Sequence record: MT446386.1
Strand: one strand, 5' to 3'
DNA from: Escherichia virus TH06
DNA length: 64,000 nucleotides
Shown: piece by piece, positions 58,289 to 64,000 of the stretch
Numbering within the stretch: the first letter of the stretch is position 1
How the letters are laid out: every line of letters starts with the position of its first letter
The notes under the pieces: model-generated
Seen by the model: only the letters and a program-made list of their open reading frames with translations
Told to the model about the DNA's origin: nothing
Database searches by the model: none
Translations under genes and position numbers: made by a program

Positions 58289-58457
58289 GCAAACAATCAA
58301 ACATACGCAAGCTGGTTACTCTTATATCAACTCTCCTTGTTGTGGTGCTCGTGTGAATCTGGTTAAGGAAGAGGTTCGTATCGTTCAGCGTGGCGCTACT
58401 GTTGTCCGTTCATGCTGTGTCTGTGGTAATGACATTTTTATCAAAGGTAAAGTATGA
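58281..58457 (+). CDS. small Cys-rich zinc-ribbon-like protein (58 aa)
   Basis: ATG 58281 overlaps upstream stop; SPCCG...SCCVCG. Confidence 0.4.
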   Translation: MSKQTIKHTQAGYSYINSPCCGARVNLVKEEVRIVQRGATVVRSCCVCGNDIFIKGKV

Positions 58458-58705
58458 AAAACTTCCAAGCTGCACCAATCACGAAAGTTATTTCAGTTGA
58501 TGATGTGATGATGACTGTTCCTCTGAACACTCGTTACATTGCAATTGACAAGATGGGTTATGTATGGGCTTGGAAGATTAAGCCTAGCTATAACGCACTG
58601 TTCGACGAGTTTGTTTGTACTGGTACGTATAGCCCTACGTTCTTGGGTTTGTTTGGAGAGTTCGAAGGTCAGTATAAAATCATCACTCTCCCTGCTTGTG
58701 CTTGA
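58454..58705 (+). CDS. hypothetical protein (83 aa)
   Basis: Track ORF. Confidence 0.45.
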   Translation: MKNFQAAPITKVISVDDVMMTVPLNTRYIAIDKMGYVWAWKIKPSYNALFDEFVCTGTYSPTFLGLFGEFEGQYKIITLPACA

Positions 58706-58712
58706 GGTTAGT

Positions 58713-58877
58713 ATGTTCAAGTGGTTTAAACGTCTATTCCATCTGCACGATTGGGTAATTCTCGAGAAGTATACACTAAAGATCACTGATGATTATGGTG
58801 GTACGAAACATAAAGGTTTACGTTATATCATGCAGTGCAAAACATGTGGTTGTATCACCAAGCGGGATATGATCTAA
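58713..58877 (+). CDS. small protein (54 aa) with C-terminal CxxC
   Basis: Internal ATG 58713 of track ORF 58539 after GAGGT. Confidence 0.4.
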   Translation: MFKWFKRLFHLHDWVILEKYTLKITDDYGGTKHKGLRYIMQCKTCGCITKRDMI

Positions 58878-58885
58878 ATAATTCT

Positions 58886-58961
58886 GCGCTCTTAGCTCAA
58901 TGGATAGAGCAGTAGCCTTCTAAGCTATTGGTTACAGGTTCGAGTCCTGTAGGGCGCACCA
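58886..58961 (+). tRNA. tRNA-Arg (anticodon UCU)
   Basis: 76-nt cloverleaf: acceptor GCGCTCT/AGGGCGC, D-arm GCTC/GAGC, anticodon stem GTAGC/GCTAT with loop CTTCTAA, T-arm ACAGG-TTCGAGT-CCTGT, encoded CCA. Confidence 0.8.
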
Positions 58962-59055
58962 CATTTAGGGCTAGTATGGGTGCGGCACCAGAGTTAGTGT
59001 ATCCCTGTTGAGGCAAGTGCTTTTATAACAGTGGGAATTACTTTCTTAGTGAGCT

Positions 59056-59082
59056 TCTGGTTCGATTCCAGATAGTCCACCA
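59056..59082 (+). other. tRNA-like 3' fragment (T-arm TCTGG-TTCGATT-CCAGA plus acceptor-like tail)
   Basis: GGTTCGATTCC T-loop consensus directly downstream of tRNA-Arg; no complete cloverleaf found in the preceding 115 nt. Confidence 0.25.
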
Positions 59083-59101
59083 AATCTAATAGGAGGTAAT
59101 T

Positions 59102-59401
59102 ATGAGTTGGGGTGGTGTAATATCCTTAATCTGTATCTTCCTTGTCTGTGTGGCCCTTACAGGCTGCGTACAGAGCCGCCCTGATGGGTGGTGTGCAGTA
59201 GCAGTGGATGGTATTTGTGTATCTCGCTGGCATTCAGGAAACAAGATTCCTAGTGGTGAGATTGATATGCGCTACAACGGGGCAACCTGCTCTAATGCTA
59301 ACCCTTCTATCAACGAAGAGAAGTCTACGCCAGACAATGTTGTGATCGATACAGCGTTGTGGTGTGGCGGTTCTGTAACAACAACCGGTAAGGAGTGGTA
59401 A
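59102..59401 (+). CDS. Cys-rich lipoprotein (99 aa)
   Basis: Signal peptide with lipobox LTGC (MSWGGVISLICIFLVCVALTGC); strong RBS AGGAGG. Confidence 0.55.
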   Translation: MSWGGVISLICIFLVCVALTGCVQSRPDGWCAVAVDGICVSRWHSGNKIPSGEIDMRYNGATCSNANPSINEEKSTPDNVVIDTALWCGGSVTTTGKEW

Positions 59402-59402
59402 T

Positions 59403-59564
59403 GTGACTATTGAAGAACTCATTAGAACTCTTGAAAACTTATCTGTTACTTGTGGTCCAGATGCTATCGTCTACATCGAAGAACCTTCAGGGAATGAATA
59501 CCCTGTGAAAGAGGTTCTTGAGTACTCAGTAGGAGATCTTTCATCAGTAACCCTAAGACATTGA
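59403..59564 (+). CDS. small hypothetical protein (53 aa)
   Basis: GTG start after AAGGAG; fills gap. Confidence 0.3.
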   Translation: MTIEELIRTLENLSVTCGPDAIVYIEEPSGNEYPVKEVLEYSVGDLSSVTLRH

Positions 59565-59571
59565 GGTGTAT

Positions 59572-59820
59572 ATGACAGCTCATTATTGGAATACAAAGAA
59601 GCTTCTTGAAGAGATGGCTGGGGGTAGTAAGTTCCAGTTAAACTCCATGCTTCGAATGGATGCCCGCTCTTTACGTTTCCAAGTAAAGATTGGTAACTTC
59701 AGTGATGGACTTTATTATACCTTGAAAGAAAGGATTAAGAAGACTCACTTCATCATATATGGACTCAAACCGAGAACATATGTTAACTACATGTATTGGG
59801 ATACATGCTACGATAATTGA
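59572..59820 (+). CDS. hypothetical protein (82 aa)
   Basis: ATG 59572 after GAGGTG. Confidence 0.45.
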   Translation: MTAHYWNTKKLLEEMAGGSKFQLNSMLRMDARSLRFQVKIGNFSDGLYYTLKERIKKTHFIIYGLKPRTYVNYMYWDTCYDN

Positions 59821-59827
59821 GGTTATT

Positions 59828-60049
59828 ATGTTATTTGAAGCTAAGCAAACATTACCAGTAGTTCCTTTGTCTACACTTCTTAGTGGGAGTGCTTTTAGAC
59901 ATGATAATGGTTTTTGGATTAAGGGCGACCAAGAGGTTGGAGGGTATATTACCTGCATCAACATCTGCAACGGCGTTGTTGACGGATTTCGTCCAGCCGC
60001 TGAAGTCACTCCTCAATCCAACGCAAAGGTTGTAGGTTTAGTTTACTAA
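59828..60049 (+). CDS. hypothetical protein (73 aa)
   Basis: Internal ATG 59828 of track ORF 59759 after GAGG. Confidence 0.4.
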   Translation: MLFEAKQTLPVVPLSTLLSGSAFRHDNGFWIKGDQEVGGYITCINICNGVVDGFRPAAEVTPQSNAKVVGLVY

Positions 60050-60058
60050 GGAGCCTGT

Positions 60059-60232
60059 ATGAGTTGTTTTGGTGGCGGTGAAGTAGATGACGATGATGAC
60101 ATGGAATCCAACGGTACATGCCCTGATTGTGGGTGTGAGACATTTGATGGGGTGTCAGTATATCCTGCCTGTAGTTACTCACCAGTGATCTGTAAAACAT
60201 GTGGAGATCAGCCTTGTGATCAATCTTGTTAA
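60059..60232 (+). CDS. small Cys-rich acidic protein (57 aa)
   Basis: ATG after TAAGGAG; CPDCGC...CKTCGDQPCDQSC. Confidence 0.4.
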   Translation: MSCFGGGEVDDDDDMESNGTCPDCGCETFDGVSVYPACSYSPVICKTCGDQPCDQSC

Positions 60233-60241
60233 GAGAATCTT

Positions 60242-60373
60242 ATGACTGAAGAATTTTTAGAGTGGTTTAGTGACACCTTCAAAGAATACCTATTCACTCC
60301 AGAAAGTTTAGAAGAGTTGAAAACCTACACTTGGTTGGCTTGGAGAGATAGCCGACGAAAAATGAATAAGTAA
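60242..60373 (+). CDS. small hypothetical protein (43 aa)
   Basis: ATG 60242, open to TAA 60371-60373; weak RBS. Confidence 0.3.
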   Translation: MTEEFLEWFSDTFKEYLFTPESLEELKTYTWLAWRDSRRKMNK

Positions 60374-60384
60374 GAGACGATTAA

Positions 60385-60642
60385 ATGGGTTTACTTGATA
60401 TTTTTATCTCAGTTTACTTTATTGGAGTATTCCTCTCTGTTTTAGTGCTGAAACTGCTATACAAGAAAGGTCTACTAAAAGGGGTCATTACAACAGAGTC
60501 TACCAGCTCTGAACCTGATGAGATGATGGTTGTGCTCTTAATTGTGTTGTGGCCTATCTCAATACTGGCAGGAGTTTTTTATCCAATAGGTTTGCTTCTG
60601 TTTAAAGCATATGACGCAGTTATGCATTTTATCTTTAAGTAA
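60385..60642 (+). CDS. small membrane protein with two TM helices (holin-like topology)
   Basis: Two hydrophobic segments separated by a charged loop. Confidence 0.45.
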   Translation: MGLLDIFISVYFIGVFLSVLVLKLLYKKGLLKGVITTESTSSEPDEMMVVLLIVLWPISILAGVFYPIGLLLFKAYDAVMHFIFK

Positions 60643-60932
60643 TATCGTGAAGGATTCTTACGAGAGTCCTTTGAGATAGGACTTCAGATCTCCTATCAAA
60701 CTAACATTCATGTAACTAGCCCATAAGGGCGTTACCCTTTAATAACCCAGCCCACTAAGGGGGCGGGAGTTTAGTGCTGGATTGGCTTTACGCTTATTCC
60801 TACAAAGGCAACCGATTGTTAGATCTTACATGCAATATTAACTAATAGGATAAGGGAGGATTCGTCCCCTCCCCCTATTTTATTGAATCTTTATCTAAGC
60901 AAGTCTTACATAAATATTTAATTGGAGGATGT

Positions 60933-61244
60933 ATGAAAGCTCGAAGAACTATATGGACTCCGATGCAGATTGAAAATCTTCGGAGACTAATCAAAGAGTA
61001 CTCGGTTCAAGAAGTTGCTCAGATTATGAATGTAACGGAGAATGCAGTTAACACAGCTTGTACTAAATTCGGAATATCAAGAGCTTCAGTCCGAGTTAAA
61101 TGGTCTGAAGAAGAAGATCAGTTCCTTATCCGTAATGCTGGGTTCATGCCTATTCAGAGAATGGCTGACATGCTCGGTAGAAGTTATGCTGCTGTACAGA
61201 ACAGGGCATGTATGCACCTTAATATTAGCCTCAAACTTAAATAG
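60933..61244 (+). CDS. DNA-binding protein with two tandem HTH-like repeats
   Basis: Internal repeat W...E.L...I.E-S.QEVAQIMNVTENAV / W.EEED.FL......P.QRMADMLGRSYAAV. Confidence 0.4.
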   Translation: MKARRTIWTPMQIENLRRLIKEYSVQEVAQIMNVTENAVNTACTKFGISRASVRVKWSEEEDQFLIRNAGFMPIQRMADMLGRSYAAVQNRACMHLNISLKLK

Positions 61245-61252
61245 GAATCAAT

Positions 61253-61501
61253 ATGAAGATTACTCACAAGAAAGAAGAAGTGTCCACGGTTGATATCAAC
61301 TCTCTTCCTAGTGGAGCAGTATTTAAATTCCCTGAGAGTTCTACTCTCTATGTCAAAGGGTCTGTGTCTGAAAGTCCTAATGTAACCGTTAACTCCGATC
61401 GAGCAATCACTCTTCGTCTATCTGATGGTAACGTAACAGCCCCTTCTATCTGGTGCCGAGTTGTCCCTGTATCGGCAGAACTTTTGGTGGATAATACATA
61501 A
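61253..61501 (+). CDS. small protein, paralog family C member 4
   Basis: MKITHKK..., LPSGAVFKF. Confidence 0.5.
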   Translation: MKITHKKEEVSTVDINSLPSGAVFKFPESSTLYVKGSVSESPNVTVNSDRAITLRLSDGNVTAPSIWCRVVPVSAELLVDNT

Positions 61502-61746
61502 TGAAAATCATCCCAAAGAAAAAGGATAATACGGTACGATTGGAAACAATCATTCCCGGAAACCCTTTCGTGGTTCAGAACGGAAGTGCCTCTCCTCAGT
61601 ATTACATGAGGGTTGAAAATGCTTCTGGTAACATTCGTATAGCCAGTGGTTGGGTTCCTGTGGTAAACCTTTCCACAGGTGTGTTATCTGTTAAAGGTCT
61701 TGATGATCAGGTAGAAATGATTCGTATGTCAGTGGTTCAGGAGTAG
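61501..61746 (+). CDS. small protein, paralog family C member 5
   Basis: MKIIPKK..., translationally coupled (TAATG). Confidence 0.5.
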   Translation: MKIIPKKKDNTVRLETIIPGNPFVVQNGSASPQYYMRVENASGNIRIASGWVPVVNLSTGVLSVKGLDDQVEMIRMSVVQE

Positions 61747-61751
61747 TGCAT

Positions 61752-62000
61752 ATGAGCATTATTAACATTAAAGTTAAAGACAAAGAGGAAAAAATCCTCC
61801 GCGTCAGAGATCTAAATATGTCAGATGTGTTCACTCTCCAAGAGTGCCAAAATCAAAAGGTTTATATGATGACAGCTAAAAGCAGGGGTTGTCAACCTGC
61901 TGGAGCTGTTAACCTAGGCACTGGAGAACTACGTGTCATCTCTGGTGATATGGTTGTTGGTGAGAAGTTTATTAAGGCTGAAATCATCTTAACTTCGTAG
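61752..62000 (+). CDS. small protein, paralog family C member 6
   Basis: ATG 61752 after CAGGAG; MSDVFTL...VNLGTGELRV. Confidence 0.5.
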   Translation: MSIINIKVKDKEEKILRVRDLNMSDVFTLQECQNQKVYMMTAKSRGCQPAGAVNLGTGELRVISGDMVVGEKFIKAEIILTS

Positions 62001-62142
62001 GAAAACAAATGAGACGTAAAGCATATTCTTATGACGATATGATTAACCAGAAAGGCTTCGGTCAACGACAGCCTGACGGTTCAATTATCTGGTTCGTAAA
62101 CGGACAGAAAAAGGTAGCTAAATAGGCTCTCTTCTCTCCTCC

Positions 62143-62159
62143 TTTTAGTACTATGACGC
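62143..62159 (+). repeat. conserved 17-nt motif TTTTAGTACTATGACGC, copy 2
   Basis: Identical to 55423-55439; followed by hairpin TGCGTAG...CTACGCA. Confidence 0.4.
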
Positions 62160-62231
62160 CTCTCTGTGGGCGGCCCAATTTGCGTAGGGAATTCCCTCTA
62201 CGCAGCCATAACTTTTTAAGGAATTTCCCCT

Positions 62232-62465
62232 ATGTCTAAAGTAAGCGCAATTGATGCAATCCGTCAACCATTCCAGTTCCAATCTAAATCAACCCAAACC
62301 TTCAGTGAGCCTAAGCAAATTCGCTTGGGCGGCACAGAGAAGACTGTGTTTGATCTGGCTAAAAACAAGAGCGTTACTGTAGTTGATGGTGGCACTCTGG
62401 TTAACGTTTCCCATCGCATCCGCACTGGCAAAACTGCCAAAGATCGTGCTAAGAAAGGCGAGTAA
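62232..62465 (+). CDS. hypothetical protein (77 aa)
   Basis: Track ORF. Confidence 0.45.
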   Translation: MSKVSAIDAIRQPFQFQSKSTQTFSEPKQIRLGGTEKTVFDLAKNKSVTVVDGGTLVNVSHRIRTGKTAKDRAKKGE

Positions 62466-62680
62466 TGATAACACTTGTGTCGATCGTTTACAGAATACAC
62501 TACCGTCTAGACAAAGGTAAAACCTATAAGTGCAAGAGTAAGACAGGCAATAGATGCTCTGTAGAAAACAACTCTGGTCAATGGGTGGATGTACCTTGTT
62601 GTTGGTTCAGGAAAGACTTGACTAACAAAGAAATTGACGAAATCCTTAGTGATGGTTTTGTAAAATCAAGTGATTTTTAG
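62465..62680 (+). CDS. hypothetical protein (71 aa)
   Basis: Track ORF, coupled (TAATG). Confidence 0.45.
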   Translation: MITLVSIVYRIHYRLDKGKTYKCKSKTGNRCSVENNSGQWVDVPCCWFRKDLTNKEIDEILSDGFVKSSDF

Positions 62681-62692
62681 TTGTAGTAACGC

Positions 62693-62804
62693 CTATAGCC
62701 TTCTTCGGAGGGCTATGTGAGTTATTCTGACTCAACTAACCTAATCTTGATATATTTCCCGTATGGGGCCGATGCTAGGGAGAGGAACATTCCTCGAACA
62801 TCCG
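62693..62804 (+). repeat. conserved intergenic element, copy B (hairpin ATAGCC/GGCTAT, then GCTAGGGAGAG and CTCGAACATCCG)
   Basis: Paralogous to 57231-57333. Confidence 0.45.
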
Positions 62805-62915
62805 TCGGATAGATATTTTAAGAGCAGGTTATCCACAGATATTGGGTAATATCTTTTTGTGTTTAAAGCTTGACTCTTTTCGGAGAGTCCTTTTTTAAAT
62901 TCAACGAGAGGAAAT

Positions 62916-63068
62916 ATGTCTAAATTAGATTTAAAACTGCTAGCAGCAGCGGTAGTGATTTGTGCACTAGCACTGGTAACGCAGAGAACATCTGGATTTA
63001 TTCAGTGTTTCTTTTCTGGGCAATCCACTTATCAGTGGGTTATTGACGAGTGTAAACAACAGGAGTAA
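62916..63068 (+). CDS. small membrane protein (50 aa)
   Basis: ATG after GAGAGGAAAT; N-terminal TM LLAAAVVICALALV. Confidence 0.35.
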   Translation: MSKLDLKLLAAAVVICALALVTQRTSGFIQCFFSGQSTYQWVIDECKQQE

Positions 63069-63070
63069 GT

Positions 63071-63433
63071 ATGAATACACGTCCCATCAAGGGCAACGTT
63101 AATATTGAAACTCTGAACAAGGTTGCATCAAACCTCGGTGGAATGTCCAACGATGAGCTTGAGCAAGAACTTGCTTGGATTGCAAATGGTATCAAAGTTG
63201 CTAAAGGTAAGATTGCTCGTGAGCAAAGCAACATGAAAGCTCACAAGTATGTCATCCGTCATGCAAACATGTTACCAGAACGGGTTGTACATCTTGCCCG
63301 TAAAAGCTACGCAGACGCAAAGAAAGCTCTGGAAGAAGCTACTTTCCAGAAGCATCAATTTATGAACAACTATCGAAACTTCCGAGATATTCTTTATATT
63401 CGTAAATCGATTGAGTTGATTAAAAACCAATAG
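63071..63433 (+). CDS. hypothetical protein (120 aa)
   Basis: Track ORF. Confidence 0.45.
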   Translation: MNTRPIKGNVNIETLNKVASNLGGMSNDELEQELAWIANGIKVAKGKIAREQSNMKAHKYVIRHANMLPERVVHLARKSYADAKKALEEATFQKHQFMNNYRNFRDILYIRKSIELIKNQ

Positions 63434-63444
63434 AGGTTGGTATA

Positions 63445-64000
63445 ATGTTTCCAGTAACATTAGAAGATACTGAAGGTAATGTTTTAACGGTCAACCCCCC
63501 TTGTTATGGGTTCCTTCAACTTCGCAACTATAATGGCGGCGTTGATGAAAACGACGATGAAGATGATGACTACTTCGACCCTAACATGTATGAGGCAACT
63601 CATGGATGGAATATGCACGTTCGAGTGTGGCATGAAGAAGCCAACGTTCGTAGTGCTGACGGTGAAGAGTTCTTGTTAAGCCGAGAGATGGATATGTGTA
63701 AAATCAAGCATATCTGGAACTCCGGAACTCACATGAAGATGTTAGGTTTTAGACGTTGGCGTGATGAAAAACCTGTATCCGCAGCTTTAGGTTGGGGTGC
63801 TATTGATTACGAAGGCGAGCTTAAAAACAACATTGAACGTTGGAATGACAAAAACCCTGAACATCGAACCACACCTCGTGCTGTACTGGAAGCTATGGAA
63901 GCATTTGTGGACAAAGATCGTCCCTCCTGTTTACGCTGGCACGAAAAAGGTTTTATGGGGGTAGCAACTGAGAACATCCCTGCTGATCGCTGTCTGTTCT
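63445..64000 (+). CDS. hypothetical protein, 3'-partial (runs off the window end)
   Basis: ATG 63445 after AGAGG; frame open to position 64000. Confidence 0.45.
   Translation, partial: MFPVTLEDTEGNVLTVNPPCYGFLQLRNYNGGVDENDDEDDDYFDPNMYEATHGWNMHVRVWHEEANVRSADGEEFLLSREMDMCKIKHIWNSGTHMKMLGFRRWRDEKPVSAALGWGAIDYEGELKNNIERWNDKNPEHRTTPRAVLEAMEAFVDKDRPSCLRWHEKGFMGVATENIPADRCLF

Noticed and set aside
58962-59082. A second complete tRNA directly downstream of tRNA-Arg
   Set aside because: Only the T-arm and 3' tail are tRNA-like; I could not build an acceptor stem, D-arm or anticodon arm in the preceding 115 nt, so it is reported only as a fragment.

Overview
This window reads as a large section of a virulent, tightly packed dsDNA phage genome. 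All calls are from reading the sequence and the ORF track by eye; no database search, alignment or RNA folding was run, so domain assignments are motif-level hypotheses. Layout: (1) 1-17.8 kb, plus strand: early/middle genes including tandem small-protein paralogs, Dps-like ferritin, thioredoxin-like, HNH endonucleases, ThyX-like, PhoH-like, family A DNA polymerase, HAD-like and metallophosphatase proteins, SSB-like protein, a spanin-like pair, a DarG-like macrodomain, an ECF-like sigma factor, a SLOG/DUF2493-like protein, dNMP kinase-like protein and FEN exonuclease. (2) A convergent terminator near 17.85 kb. (3) 17.9-48.2 kb, minus strand: late packaging and virion module (small and large terminase, portal, scaffold, major capsid, Ig-like protein, tail fibers, endolysin, lytic transglycosylase, Q/N/G-rich virion proteins, a 1473-aa virion protein). 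(4) 48.2-49.4 kb: an ORF-poor, repeat-rich divergent region. (5) 49.4-64 kb, plus strand: early genes driven by sigma70-type promoters, a 1.9 kb ORF-free promoter array and leader, a six-member small paralog family in two triplets, a tRNA-Arg(UCU), a lipoprotein and many small Cys-rich proteins. No integrase, repressor or CRISPR array was seen. The strongest candidates for something new are the DarG-like macrodomain (possible counter-defence), the promoter array with a conserved 14-nt box, the repeat-rich divergent region, and the six-paralog family with its conserved intergenic elements.
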